Below are positions 48,851 through 59,773 of a stretch of 64,000 bases of DNA, piece by piece. The stretch's first letter is position 1, and the number at the start of each line of letters is the position of its first letter. The stretch comes from an uncultured Bacilli bacterium (lineage in GTDB: Bacteria; Bacillota_I; Bacilli_A; RF39; UBA660), in assembly GCA_944358255.1 (NCBI GenBank), contig CALVQQ010000002.1, positions 3,739-67,738 on the forward strand, in the 5' to 3' direction. Under the pieces are notes generated by a model that was given only the letters and a program-made list of their open reading frames with translations, made no database searches and was not told where the DNA came from. A program made the position numbers and the translations under genes.

Positions 48851-50707
48851 TTATTTGTCACATGGTTTAAGAGCCTTTATATAAGCCTCTTCATATTCTT
48901 CTTCAAACATTTTTAATTCTTTTTCTCTTTTATTTGCATATTCCACTAAATCAAGTGCTTCTTTTTCAAGTTGTCTTAATTGGCTAGCTGTTATGTCTTG
49001 TTTTGATAAAAAGTATAATCTTTGCATGAATATATCTGTGTATCTTCTTATGGGAGCACTAGAATGAGAGTATGTATTCAGTTTTAAACCAAAATGTCCG
49101 ACATTGTTTAGGGAATAAGCAGCTTTAGGATAAAATTCTCCTAAAATTGTTATGGTGTCTTGATCTAATTTTTCAGGGCTTTTTAATAATGATTCTAATG
49201 TTGGTATTTCGGGCTTTTCATGAATGCGATATATTACTGGTAATTCGCCAATTTTAGATAAATATTCGGCTAATAGTCGGTTATATAAAATCATACTTTC
49301 ATGAACAATTTTTTCTGAATAGTGTCTGTCTACTATTGAAATATCGTGTATTATATCTTTAATGAATCTATAGTCATTTCTTTGCGAATTGTTTAATAGT
49401 GAAGTTATGTATTCAAGTAATTTTATAGAATAATCTAAATCGCTAGATATTGAAATTTCGCCTCGTAAAATTCTATCTGCAGATGTATAAGATAAACTGT
49501 GGTCAATTGATATTGTTTCCTCGGTAAAGTAATAGTCTTCTATTTCTCCGGTTTTTCCAAGTTTTACATATAAACTAATTGCGTTACGTTTTTTTCCTTT
49601 ATCAAGTGATAGGTGTTGTTTTGAGATATTCGGTGGAATCATATGTATTATTTGATTGGGTAAATATATTGATTTAAATGTTTGCTGAGCGTTTAAATCT
49701 AGTTGCGATTTTGGTTTTAAAAAACTTCCTACGTCTGCTATGTGGATTCCTAACGTATATCCATCTCTTTCTTGTCTTATTGAGATAGCATCATCTTTAA
49801 TTGAATCGCTTACTGTTCCATCAATTGTTATAGTGACTGGATTAGCCTCTTTGTAAATTAGAAGTTGAAAATCTTTTGCTTGAGATGCACTTTCTTCAGT
49901 TAATTTTGGTTTTATATCGTATTTTATCATTACATCAGATGGAGTGGTATTGTTAGTTTTGTTTTGCATAATGTTTTCAAGTTCATTTATAATTATACTA
50001 AATTTAGGTGGTAAATTTCTTGCTTTTAAGGTTTCTAGTCTTTTAAAAAATGATAAATCTATTTTAAGGTCACTTATTTGACTTGCTAACATGTGTAAAA
50101 TATGTAAGTATTGATATATGCTGTCGTTTTGTGCCTCTATGTGTTCAAAACATTTTTTTAGTATATAAATAAATAATTTTTGGTTTTCTTTATTACGTAT
50201 ATCTTTTTGTTGTTCGTTATTATCATTAAATATAATTAGTATTCTTTGACTTTCTAAAATTCTTTCTAAATTTCCTATTTGTGGATAAAAACTTTGTTTA
50301 GTTTCATCTTTATTTCTGAAAAGTATATTACTTATTTTATCTTTTAAGTGTGTTAAATTTGTTTTAATTGTATTATTTAAAGTTTCATTTGTTAAACCGG
50401 TAATTTTAATTAGTAGTCGAGCTTGTTTAAATATGAATAAGTGGGTGTCTTTTTCGCTAAATGTACAAGATGTAGTAATGCTTTCTATTAAATTAATAAT
50501 TTTTATTGCATTGCGAAAATGCTTTACATTCTCGGTTTTAATGTAATTAATTATTTCAGTATCTAGAAGTTTTAGTAGCATTTTTAGTAATTGTTTGTGA
50601 TTGTCTATTTGGGTATCGTATCCCATTTTCTTTTGTAGTTCTTCAAAAATAGTGCTTATATCTTCATTAATTTCAACAATTTTAGATACTGACATTTTTT
50701 TACCCAT
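48851..50707 (-). CDS. RNase II/R-family 3'-5' exoribonuclease-like protein (RNB domain)
   Basis: DDAISIRQERDGYTLGIHIADV RNB catalytic segment and the HFGL...YSHSSAPIRRYTDI motif. Confidence 0.7.
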   Translation of the reverse strand: MGKKMSVSKIVEINEDISTIFEELQKKMGYDTQIDNHKQLLKMLLKLLDTEIINYIKTENVKHFRNAIKIINLIESITTSCTFSEKDTHLFIFKQARLLIKITGLTNETLNNTIKTNLTHLKDKISNILFRNKDETKQSFYPQIGNLERILESQRILIIFNDNNEQQKDIRNKENQKLFIYILKKCFEHIEAQNDSIYQYLHILHMLASQISDLKIDLSFFKRLETLKARNLPPKFSIIINELENIMQNKTNNTTPSDVMIKYDIKPKLTEESASQAKDFQLLIYKEANPVTITIDGTVSDSIKDDAISIRQERDGYTLGIHIADVGSFLKPKSQLDLNAQQTFKSIYLPNQIIHMIPPNISKQHLSLDKGKKRNAISLYVKLGKTGEIEDYYFTEETISIDHSLSYTSADRILRGEISISSDLDYSIKLLEYITSLLNNSQRNDYRFIKDIIHDISIVDRHYSEKIVHESMILYNRLLAEYLSKIGELPVIYRIHEKPEIPTLESLLKSPEKLDQDTITILGEFYPKAAYSLNNVGHFGLKLNTYSHSSAPIRRYTDIFMQRLYFLSKQDITASQLRQLEKEALDLVEYANKREKELKMFEEEYEEAYIKALKPCDK

Positions 50708-50794
50708 ATTACACCTACAATCTTTTTACATTTTAACATAATTTTTTTTTAATAATCAATCTTATTTTAGAATTTTTTTTAAATCTTTGATATA

Positions 50795-51235
50795 ATGGTT
50801 TTAGGTGTTAGTATGAATAAAAAATTGTTTAAAATTATTTATTTGTTACTTGTAACAATTTTTAGTGTGTGTACTATTTTTGAGATTTATAATTATTTGC
50901 TTTTTAATTCTAATTTGTTTGGGTTAGTTTATTTAATATTTTCAGTTTTTCTTTGTTTTAATATGTTTATTATAATTTTTAATTTTGATGCTGCTAATTT
51001 TAAAATAAGAGTTAGTAAGAATTTTATGATTGCCATTATTGGTCTGTTTTCAAGTTTTATATTATATTTTTTAACTTTGAATTTAATATCATATGTTGAC
51101 GAAAGTAATGCTTTTATCGATAAAATATTTTTATCAATTAAAGTTTTTAAACCGATTATTTATTTAATTTTAATTGTTTTTTCATTAATGGAATCTAATT
51201 TTAATATTGTTTTAAGGCCTAGAAAAAACTTGTAA
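50795..51235 (+). CDS. Hypothetical membrane protein
   Basis: Four hydrophobic segments. Confidence 0.4.
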   Translation: MVLGVSMNKKLFKIIYLLLVTIFSVCTIFEIYNYLLFNSNLFGLVYLIFSVFLCFNMFIIIFNFDAANFKIRVSKNFMIAIIGLFSSFILYFLTLNLISYVDESNAFIDKIFLSIKVFKPIIYLILIVFSLMESNFNIVLRPRKNL

Positions 51236-51276
51236 TTTGTAATTAATTGTATTAAAATATTTAAGTGAGGTGAATT

Positions 51277-51738
51277 ATGAAAAAATTTTGGGATAAATAT
51301 AAAGTTTTAATTATCATCGTGATACTTTTAGGAGTTTTTGTTGGACTTTCATTTTTATTAGAAGATGAAAATATAAACAATGAAACTAGTTCATCAGAGC
51401 CAAGTGTTTCAGAATGGGTAAATGATAGTTTAGAGGAAAAATATACTATTGCCGTTATAGCTCAAACAACATGTGGTTATTGTGAAATGTATAAACCTGT
51501 TGTTGAAAGTGTTCAAAATAAATATGAAGACTTAAATATTTATTGGTTCCATACTGATGAATTATCAAATGCTGATTATTCTACTTTGAGTGGTACTTAT
51601 GATATATCTGATACGTTTAAAGGAACTCCTTATACAATGTTAACATATCACGGTGTGTTAGTTGATTACATCAGTGGTTATGTTGATGAAGATACTTTAG
51701 TTCAATTCTTAATTGATAATGGAGTAATTAATGAATAG
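51277..51738 (+). CDS. Membrane-anchored thioredoxin-like thiol-disulfide oxidoreductase
   Basis: N-terminal transmembrane anchor, then the CGYC CxxC motif in a thioredoxin-fold context. Confidence 0.65.
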   Translation: MKKFWDKYKVLIIIVILLGVFVGLSFLLEDENINNETSSSEPSVSEWVNDSLEEKYTIAVIAQTTCGYCEMYKPVVESVQNKYEDLNIYWFHTDELSNADYSTLSGTYDISDTFKGTPYTMLTYHGVLVDYISGYVDEDTLVQFLIDNGVINE

Positions 51739-51753
51739 TATTCATTAATTTTT

Positions 51754-52878
51754 TTGTATATTATGAAGAAAAAAATATGTTTTATAGTATTTACTGTTTT
51801 ATTGGTTGTGTTATTAATAAAATATTTTGTATCAGCTTATGAAATACAATATAGTTTAGATGATTTTGATGTTGTTGAAATTTATGAAAATGGAAAATAT
51901 TATTTTGAGTTAACTCATGACGATATGTCTTTTAATGTTTTATTTTATAAAAATAGAAAGTTATCGAAAAAATTAATAAAAAAAGTTAGTATTTTTCAAG
52001 GAGAAAATTATAATTGTTTAGATATTAATTTTGATTTTTATTCGCATTATCCAATTTGTTATGATAAAAATAATAATATAATTCATTTTTCATTAATTTC
52101 TGATGATGATATAGTTGAATATTTATTAGATTTGGGTGTGGCTACTGTTTCAAAAGTGGATTATGAGGATGAGTTTTATTTTACTAATAGTTTAGATAAA
52201 GATCAATTCATTGCAGTATGGAAATATAACGGGTTTTATTTGCTCGATAGTAATGGCGTTAAATCAATAGATATGTTTGAAAATGATAGATATAACAATA
52301 CATTAAGTTATTTGTATAAAAACGTTATATTTTTACCTAATTACGATGAAGATTTGTTTTTTACAAAATTTATATTGCTTGATATTACTAATGGAAAGTA
52401 TAAAATGTATGAATCTGATTTTGAGATAAGCTATGATTCTTATATTTCAGGTACACATGGAAATAACATTTATTTGTTTGATAGAAAAAATGATGCTTTG
52501 TACGAAATAAATATTAAAAATGGTAAAATTGAATGTGTTGGCGATACTGAAAAGGGATTTATAAAATATGAAAATGGTAAAAAAGTTAAAGCTGTATTAA
52601 AAGAGTATGATGAAGATTATGTTATGTATTTTGATGTTAATTATAATAATATAGTTGTGAATGTTCTTGATTACTACTACACGTATAATGAAAATATTTT
52701 TACTAAATTTAGATATGATGAAAATTATAGTCTAATCAGTATATTTGAAAATGATATTTATTATTTATCGGATGCTGATTTGTATGTTTTTAATCCATTT
52801 TATGGTAATAGATTGATTTTACATTATTTTGAACTAAATTTTAACGATTCTAATAGAATATTTATTTATAATAAATAA
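51754..52878 (+). CDS. Hypothetical membrane-anchored extracellular protein
   Basis: N-terminal anchor and an aromatic-rich domain of 374 aa. Confidence 0.45.
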   Translation: MYIMKKKICFIVFTVLLVVLLIKYFVSAYEIQYSLDDFDVVEIYENGKYYFELTHDDMSFNVLFYKNRKLSKKLIKKVSIFQGENYNCLDINFDFYSHYPICYDKNNNIIHFSLISDDDIVEYLLDLGVATVSKVDYEDEFYFTNSLDKDQFIAVWKYNGFYLLDSNGVKSIDMFENDRYNNTLSYLYKNVIFLPNYDEDLFFTKFILLDITNGKYKMYESDFEISYDSYISGTHGNNIYLFDRKNDALYEINIKNGKIECVGDTEKGFIKYENGKKVKAVLKEYDEDYVMYFDVNYNNIVVNVLDYYYTYNENIFTKFRYDENYSLISIFENDIYYLSDADLYVFNPFYGNRLILHYFELNFNDSNRIFIYNK

Positions 52879-52923
52879 ATCACTTTAATATAAAAAATCA
52901 TATATTATATTAGGTGATTTTTT

Positions 52924-53253
52924 ATGTTATTAAATGGTAATAGAGAAATGGTTGAAACTCCTTTTTATAGTGTATATGTTGTGGTGAATGGTGATACATT
53001 ATATAAGATAAGCAAAGATTTTAATGTTAATCCTAAACTGTTAGCTGAATTAAATGGCTTAAAATTAGATGAATATATATATCCTAATCAGGTGTTGCTT
53101 ATTCCTAAAAAAGGTGTCCAATTTTATATAACTAAAGATGATGATACTTTGAGAGATGTTAGTAAAATTTTCAATGTTAGTGAAGATAATATTGTAAAAC
53201 AAAATAAAAGTATTTATTTACTTCCAGGGCAAATGATATTTTATAAAGATTAA
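52924..53253 (+). CDS. Tandem LysM-domain protein
   Basis: Two LysM units (YVVVNGDTLYKISKDF...; YITKDDDTLRDVSKIF...). Confidence 0.7.
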   Translation: MLLNGNREMVETPFYSVYVVVNGDTLYKISKDFNVNPKLLAELNGLKLDEYIYPNQVLLIPKKGVQFYITKDDDTLRDVSKIFNVSEDNIVKQNKSIYLLPGQMIFYKD

Positions 53254-53320
53254 CCTAGTTTCTAGGTTTTTTATTGTAAAATTATTAATTATATTTTATA
53301 ATTAGTTTATAAAATAGGAG

Positions 53321-54934
53321 TTGTTGATTGTGATAATTAGAAAGCCTTATGCATTTTTAATAAAACATTTTAGAATGATACATTTATTTATTTTTGCATG
53401 TGTTTTATATGTTTCTTATAAGTCAACTGCTTTATTAAATTTTTTTAACGGATATGTTAAAAATGGGTATTATTCTTATGTGGATAATCTTGCTAGTTCA
53501 TTAATTAATTTTTATGTTTTTTTTGCGATAATAATTATTGTTTTACTTGGCGCTACTATTTATATTTTATTAAAGTGGAAAGATAAAAAGAGAACTATTT
53601 ATGTTTTTATATGCTGCTTTTATATTGCTCTTTTTATTGTTTTTATCGTTTATTTTGGATTTCTTACTGTTATTGAAAATAATATAATTGATCAAAGGGC
53701 TTTGCGAGGGTATAGAGATATATTATTCTTATTAATTATTCCTCAATATTTCTTTGTTATTGTTTCTTTAGTACGTGGTCTAGGCTTTGATATAAAAAAA
53801 TTTGATTTTAGAAAAGATATGGAAGAACTTCAGATACAAGCTCCCGACGATGAAGAAGTTGAAATTAGTTTTGGAAAAGATAATTATAAAATTAAAAGAA
53901 AATTTAGAAGAACTTATAGAGAATTAAAGTATTATGCTTTAGAAAATAAATTTTTCTTTGCGTTGATTTGTCTGTTATTCGTTATATCTTTTAGTTTTGT
54001 TATTTATCTTAATTTTGAAGTTTATAATAAAAAGTACAATGAGTCTGAAGTATTTACCATAGATGGAGTTAATTATAAGGTAATATCTTCATATGCAAGT
54101 AATGTTAATTATAAAGGTAATATAATTACGGAGGGAAAAGAATATATAATAATATTGCTTAATATTGAAAATAATTCTGATGAGAGAAAAACATTAAAAA
54201 CCGAGGATTTAAAGTTAATTAGTAAAAACCAACAATATTCAGTTAGTTTTTCTAAAAATAATCATTTCATTGATTTTGGCGAGGGTTATTATAATCAAAT
54301 ATTATATCCGGGCGAAGAAAAAAGTTATCTTTTAATATATGAAATACCAGAAAGTAGTATTGATAAATCGTATATCTTTAGAATGATAAGTGATGTTAAT
54401 TATTTGCGAGGTGAAATACAATCTAATCATAGAGATGTAATTATTACTCCGACTTATTATCAAAAAGGAGACGTTATTAAATCGGTTAATTTGGGTGGTG
54501 TAGTGGATTTAGGTTCTACAACATTGACGGATACTAATGCAATAGTTTTGTCTTATGAAACCAATAGTTCTTATACTGTCTCATATAATTATTGTGTTTT
54601 AAATAATTGTTATGTGGGAGAAAAAGTAATTGCTCCTGATATAGTCGGAAAAATTCCTAAAACAATTATGAAATTGGAAATTGATTTTCAGTCTAATGAA
54701 AATTTGTTTATAAGTAAATATCTAAAAGATAATGAAGATTTAATTAGTATGTTTGGTAAACTTGTTTATGTTGTGGATGGCGTAAAAAAATCTTGTGAGT
54801 TGGAAACATTTGATTATGAATATTTGACTGGACGAGATGTTTATGCAGAAGTTCCAGCTGAAATTTTAAATGCTTCTAGTATTATACTTAATATTACAGT
54901 TAGAAATATTGTATTTAATATTACTTTAAAATGA
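53321..54934 (+). CDS. Hypothetical polytopic membrane protein with a large extracellular domain
   Basis: 537 aa with multiple N-terminal transmembrane segments. Confidence 0.45.
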   Translation: MLIVIIRKPYAFLIKHFRMIHLFIFACVLYVSYKSTALLNFFNGYVKNGYYSYVDNLASSLINFYVFFAIIIIVLLGATIYILLKWKDKKRTIYVFICCFYIALFIVFIVYFGFLTVIENNIIDQRALRGYRDILFLLIIPQYFFVIVSLVRGLGFDIKKFDFRKDMEELQIQAPDDEEVEISFGKDNYKIKRKFRRTYRELKYYALENKFFFALICLLFVISFSFVIYLNFEVYNKKYNESEVFTIDGVNYKVISSYASNVNYKGNIITEGKEYIIILLNIENNSDERKTLKTEDLKLISKNQQYSVSFSKNNHFIDFGEGYYNQILYPGEEKSYLLIYEIPESSIDKSYIFRMISDVNYLRGEIQSNHRDVIITPTYYQKGDVIKSVNLGGVVDLGSTTLTDTNAIVLSYETNSSYTVSYNYCVLNNCYVGEKVIAPDIVGKIPKTIMKLEIDFQSNENLFISKYLKDNEDLISMFGKLVYVVDGVKKSCELETFDYEYLTGRDVYAEVPAEILNASSIILNITVRNIVFNITLK

Positions 54935-54943
54935 GGTGTTATT

Positions 54944-55456
54944 ATGGAAAAACCTAAAAATAGAAAAGAATTGGTAAAGGCTTTGATAAGTACTAATTTG
55001 ACTGAAGAAGAACATGATGAATTGTTGGAAATGCTTATTGATAATCCTATAAGCGTAAATTTGGAAAAAAATGAAAATTTGTCTCTTAGTGATAAAATTG
55101 CTGATAAGGTGACTGCTTTGGCTGGTAGTTGGGCTTTTATAATTTGTTTTGCTTTTTTTATATTCTTTTGGATAATTTTAAATACGGTTATTATTTTTAA
55201 AAATCCGGTTGATCCTTATCCTTTTATTTTATTAAATTTGCTTTTGTCTTGTATATCTGCTTTGCAAGCTCCATTTATTATGATGAGTCAAAATAGGCAT
55301 GCAAAAAAAGATAGTTTGAGAAATGAAAATGATTATTTAACTGATTTAAAAAGTGAATTGATTTTGGAAGAATTACATAATCAAATGGATGAAATTTTGA
55401 AAAATCAGAAAAAAATTTTAAAATATATTGAAGATGATGAAAAATTTCTAAAATAA
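54944..55456 (+). CDS. DUF1003-family membrane protein
   Basis: Central two-transmembrane hairpin with PFILLNLLLS...QAPFIMMSQNR, characteristic of DUF1003. Confidence 0.55.
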   Translation: MEKPKNRKELVKALISTNLTEEEHDELLEMLIDNPISVNLEKNENLSLSDKIADKVTALAGSWAFIICFAFFIFFWIILNTVIIFKNPVDPYPFILLNLLLSCISALQAPFIMMSQNRHAKKDSLRNENDYLTDLKSELILEELHNQMDEILKNQKKILKYIEDDEKFLK

Positions 55457-55501
55457 ATAAAAAACATACGATGTTTAAAGTAATCGTATGTTATTTTCTT
55501 G

Positions 55502-55575
55502 TGGAGGACCCGGCCGGAGTCGAACCGGCGCTCGGGGAGTTGCAGTCCCATGCCTTAGCCTCTTGGCTACGGGTC
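55502..55575 (-). tRNA. tRNA-Cys (anticodon GCA)
   Basis: Reverse complement GGACCCG TAGCCAAGAGGCTAAGGC ATGGGACTGCAACTCCCC...GGTTCGACTCCGG CGGGTCC TCCA. Confidence 0.85.
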
Positions 55576-55692
55576 CGTGTATATATATTTTAAAATATGT
55601 ACTTTTAACTGTCAAGTTCTATATTATATGATATGTAATATAGTGATTTAATAAACTTGTTTTTTGTGTTAAAATGTAATAGGTGATAGTAG

Positions 55693-57144
55693 TTGAAAAA
55701 GTATCGTTGTAATTTATGTGGATATATTTATGAATGTGAGGAATTACCTTTGGATTTTGTTTGTCCAGTTTGTGGTGTTGATTATTCAAATTTTAATATA
55801 TATGTGGAAAATGAGGTTGATAAAAGGGTAAAAATCAGTGAAGATAATCCGGCTATTTATAGAATTAATGAGAAATGTATAAATTGTGGTCAGTGTAAAG
55901 ATACTTGTGAAAATAAGGTTGGTATTAAATATGACTCTGCTAAAGCGAGAGATGTTATATGTATAAATTGCGGGCAGTGTGTTTTGGGTTGTCCTGCCGG
56001 TGCATTAGTTCCAAAATATAATTATAAAGAAGTGGATAAAGTTATAAATAATCATGAAAAAATTGTGATTGCTATTACAGCTCCTGCTGTTAGGGTTAGT
56101 TTGGGTGAGGAGTTTGGTTTAGATTCAGGAACTTTTGTTGAAGGAAAAATGGTGAGCGCGCTTAAAATGTTAGGCTTTGATTATGTTTTTGATGTTACTT
56201 TTGGTGCTGATATGACAATAATGGAAGAGGTAAGCGAGTTAATAGATCGTGTTAATAATAATGGTAAATTGCCTATGTTTACTAGTTGCTGTCCTTCTTG
56301 GGTAAAATATGTGGAGATTTTTCACCCTGAATTAATATCAAATTTATCAACAACTAAAAGCCCGATTGCTATTCATACTGCATTAATAAAAAAATATTTT
56401 TCACGAATTAGAAATATTGATGAGAGTGATATAGTAATTGTTGCTATAACGCCTTGTACTGCTAAGAAAATGGAGGCTTCAAGAGAAGAGTTAAAAGGTA
56501 CTGATTTTGTTTTGACAACGAGTGAATTAGCTATTTATATTAGGGAAAAAGATATTGATTTTAATAATTTAGTTGATGGTGAATTTGATAAGCTTATGAG
56601 TAAAGGTTCTGGCGGTGGAGTTATTTTTGGTAATAGTGGTGGCGTGATGGAATCTGCTATTAGAACTTTGAATTTCTTCGTAACTGGCGAAAAAATTGAT
56701 GGTGATAAACTTACGATTTTAAAGCAATTACATGGACAAGAAAATTTTAAGGAAGCGTCTATTGAAATAGGTAATAAAATATATAATTTGGCAGTTGTTT
56801 ATAGTATGCCTGCTTTAGAAGATTTTTTGATTAATATGAAACATTCTTCTAAACAATATCATTTTGTTGAAGTTATGAATTGTCCAGGTGGATGTATTGG
56901 TGGTGGTGGTCAGCCTCTTAAAGCAATTGGAAAGTTAAATGAAATTAGGGATAAGAGAATTGAATCATTATATAATGATGACGCTAAATTGGATGTTAAA
57001 AGTAGTTTTGAAAATCCTGATGTTAAAAAAGTTTATAGTGAGTATTTGGATACACCTTTTAGTGATAAATCAAAAAAATTGTTGCATACTAAGTATTTTG
57101 ATAAAAGTAATTTATTAAATAAAGATGCTGCTATTGTTAAATGA
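55693..57144 (+). CDS. [FeFe]-hydrogenase catalytic subunit with an N-terminal rubredoxin-like domain and 2x[4Fe-4S] ferredoxin domain
   Basis: Rubredoxin CNLCGY...CPVCG, ferredoxin CINCGQC...CINCGQC, and H-cluster motifs TSCCPSWV and MNCPGGCIGGGGQP. Confidence 0.85.
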   Translation: MKKYRCNLCGYIYECEELPLDFVCPVCGVDYSNFNIYVENEVDKRVKISEDNPAIYRINEKCINCGQCKDTCENKVGIKYDSAKARDVICINCGQCVLGCPAGALVPKYNYKEVDKVINNHEKIVIAITAPAVRVSLGEEFGLDSGTFVEGKMVSALKMLGFDYVFDVTFGADMTIMEEVSELIDRVNNNGKLPMFTSCCPSWVKYVEIFHPELISNLSTTKSPIAIHTALIKKYFSRIRNIDESDIVIVAITPCTAKKMEASREELKGTDFVLTTSELAIYIREKDIDFNNLVDGEFDKLMSKGSGGGVIFGNSGGVMESAIRTLNFFVTGEKIDGDKLTILKQLHGQENFKEASIEIGNKIYNLAVVYSMPALEDFLINMKHSSKQYHFVEVMNCPGGCIGGGGQPLKAIGKLNEIRDKRIESLYNDDAKLDVKSSFENPDVKKVYSEYLDTPFSDKSKKLLHTKYFDKSNLLNKDAAIVK

Positions 57145-57177
57145 TAAAATTTAATCATATATTTAAAGGGAGGAAAT

Positions 57178-59712
57178 ATGTTAGAATTAAGAAATATTAG
57201 TAAAGTATATATTACTGAAGCTTTTAAGCAAAATGCTCTTGATGGTGTAAGTATTAAATTTAGAAAAAGTGAATTTGTTAGTATTTTGGGTCCAAGTGGT
57301 AGTGGTAAAACAACTTTGTTGAATATAATTGGTGGCCTGGATAAGTATACAAGTGGTGATCTTTTAATAGATGGTGTGAGTACAAAAAAATATAAAGATA
57401 GAGATTGGGATACCTATAGAAATCATAGAATTGGTTTTGTTTTTCAAAATTATAATTTGATTACTCATCAAAGTATTTTGTCTAATGTTGAACTTGCTTT
57501 AACTTTGTCTGGAGTGGATAAAAAAACTAGAAGGTTAAAAGCTATTGAAGTGCTAAATAGGGTTGGATTAAAAGATCATATTTATAAAAAACCTAATCAA
57601 TTAAGTGGTGGTCAAATGCAAAGGGTTGCTATTGCAAGGGCTCTTGTTAATGACCCGGATATTTTACTTGCTGATGAGCCTACTGGCGCTCTTGATACTA
57701 AAACGAGTAAGCAGATAATGGATATTTTAAAGGAAATTTCTGGTGATAGGTTAATAATTATGGTGACTCATAATTCTGAACTTGCAGCAAAATATTCAAG
57801 TAGAGTTATTAATTTGTTGGATGGTAAAGTAACTAATGATTCTAATCCATATGATTTTGAAGATGAAACTAGTTCCACTGTTGTCAATCAAAAAACTTTT
57901 ATGTCTTTTTTAACTGCTCTAAGTTTGAGTATGAATAATCTTATGACTAAAAAGGGAAGAACTATTTTAACGGCTTTTGCTGGATCTATAGGCATTATTG
58001 GAATAGCTTTGATTATGTCTCTTTCTAATGGAGTTCAAGAGTATATTAATGATGTAGAAGAGGAAACTTTGGCTAGTTATCCTATTGCGATTGAAGAAGA
58101 ATCTTTAGAGTTGTCTGATTTTATGTCATCTTTTCAAAATAATAATGATATTGAAGATTATGACTCTAATAAGGTGTATTCAAATAATATTATGACTAAT
58201 ATGATGAGTATGATGTCTTCTAAAGTTCAAAGTAATAACTTGGAAGCTTTTAAGAGTTATATTGAAAGTGGAAAATCAAATATTTTGGATTATTCTTCTG
58301 CAATTAGTTATTCATATAATTTGGATTTGCAAATTTATAAGGATGATGATGAAAATGTTGTTCAAGTTAATCCTAATGATGTTTTGGATAAAATTGGTGT
58401 AGGAAATATGAACATGATTTACATGTCTACTAGTGTGTTTGCCGAGATTTTTGATAATGAAGAAATGAATAGTGAAATGTATGAAGTTGTAGCCGGAAGA
58501 TGGCCTAAAAAGTATAATGAAGTTGTTTTACTTGTTGATGAAAATAATCAAATCGTTGATTATACTCTTTATGCTTTGGGCTTGAAAGATAGCGATGAAC
58601 TTAGTGATATGTATAATAAAATTTTAAATGGTGAAGAGTTTGAAACTTCAAATACTACTTATGATATTGATGATTTAGTCGGTATAAAATTTAAATTTTT
58701 ATTAAATTCAGATTATTATGTTAAAGAAAATGGCATTTGGATTGATAAAAGTAATAATGAAGAGTTTTTAAAAGATAAATTGCAAAGTGCTGAAGAACTT
58801 GTTGTAACAGGTGTTGTTAAACCATCTGATAATTCTTTAGTAAACCAAACTTATGGTGGAATACTTTATTTAAAAGATTTAAAAGAATACGTTATTAATA
58901 AAATTAATGATTCTGAAATTGTTAAAGATCAAATTGACAATCCAAATGTAAATATTTTTACTGGCAAGGAGTTTAGTAATGATAAATTTGATATGAGTTC
59001 TTTGTCACCTGAACAACTCGCATATCTGCAAAGTTTATCGCCTACTGAAATGGCAGAAGTTATAGAAAATTTTAAAAATCAAGTTGGCATCACTTATGAT
59101 GAAGTGTTGAGTAAATTAGGTGTTGTTGATTTGGATAAACCTTCTGCAATAAATATTTACCCAAAAGATTTTGATTCTAAAAATGAAATTATTGATATAA
59201 TTAATAGTTATAATGATGAACAACGTGATAGCAATCATGAGGAAAATGTTATAAATTATAGTGATATTGTTGGAGTTATGATGAATGGTGTTTCAACAAT
59301 TATTAATGTTATTAGTTATGTTTTAATGGCTTTTGTTAGTATATCACTTGTTGTATCTTCAATTATGATTGGAATTATTACTTATATTTCTGTTCTTGAA
59401 AGAACTAAGGAAATTGGCATTTTAAGAAGTATTGGTGCTAGTAAAAGAGATATTTCAAGAGTATTTAATGCTGAGACATTTATAGTCGGATTATTTGCTG
59501 GTATTATGGGTATTGTAGTTACTGTTATATTGAATATTCCTATTAATTTAATAATAGAGAGTTTAACTGATATTCCTAATTTATCTATTTTGCCTATATG
59601 GGGTGCTTTGATTTTAATAGTTATAAGTACAATTTTAACAATAATAGCTGGACTTATACCTTCTAAAATTGCAAGTAAAAAAGATCCTGTAGAAGCATTA
59701 AGGGTTGAATAA
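57178..59712 (+). CDS. MacB-like fused ABC transporter (ATPase plus FtsX-type permease)
   Basis: Walker A GPSGSGKTT, LSGGQMQRVAIARAL, a large periplasmic-type domain, and C-terminal FtsX transmembrane segments. Confidence 0.85.
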   Translation: MLELRNISKVYITEAFKQNALDGVSIKFRKSEFVSILGPSGSGKTTLLNIIGGLDKYTSGDLLIDGVSTKKYKDRDWDTYRNHRIGFVFQNYNLITHQSILSNVELALTLSGVDKKTRRLKAIEVLNRVGLKDHIYKKPNQLSGGQMQRVAIARALVNDPDILLADEPTGALDTKTSKQIMDILKEISGDRLIIMVTHNSELAAKYSSRVINLLDGKVTNDSNPYDFEDETSSTVVNQKTFMSFLTALSLSMNNLMTKKGRTILTAFAGSIGIIGIALIMSLSNGVQEYINDVEEETLASYPIAIEEESLELSDFMSSFQNNNDIEDYDSNKVYSNNIMTNMMSMMSSKVQSNNLEAFKSYIESGKSNILDYSSAISYSYNLDLQIYKDDDENVVQVNPNDVLDKIGVGNMNMIYMSTSVFAEIFDNEEMNSEMYEVVAGRWPKKYNEVVLLVDENNQIVDYTLYALGLKDSDELSDMYNKILNGEEFETSNTTYDIDDLVGIKFKFLLNSDYYVKENGIWIDKSNNEEFLKDKLQSAEELVVTGVVKPSDNSLVNQTYGGILYLKDLKEYVINKINDSEIVKDQIDNPNVNIFTGKEFSNDKFDMSSLSPEQLAYLQSLSPTEMAEVIENFKNQVGITYDEVLSKLGVVDLDKPSAINIYPKDFDSKNEIIDIINSYNDEQRDSNHEENVINYSDIVGVMMNGVSTIINVISYVLMAFVSISLVVSSIMIGIITYISVLERTKEIGILRSIGASKRDISRVFNAETFIVGLFAGIMGIVVTVILNIPINLIIESLTDIPNLSILPIWGALILIVISTILTIIAGLIPSKIASKKDPVEALRVE

Positions 59713-59773
59713 TCACTCATTTTATGAGTGATTTTTGATGCAATAATTTTATTATTTTGATATAATTATTTAT

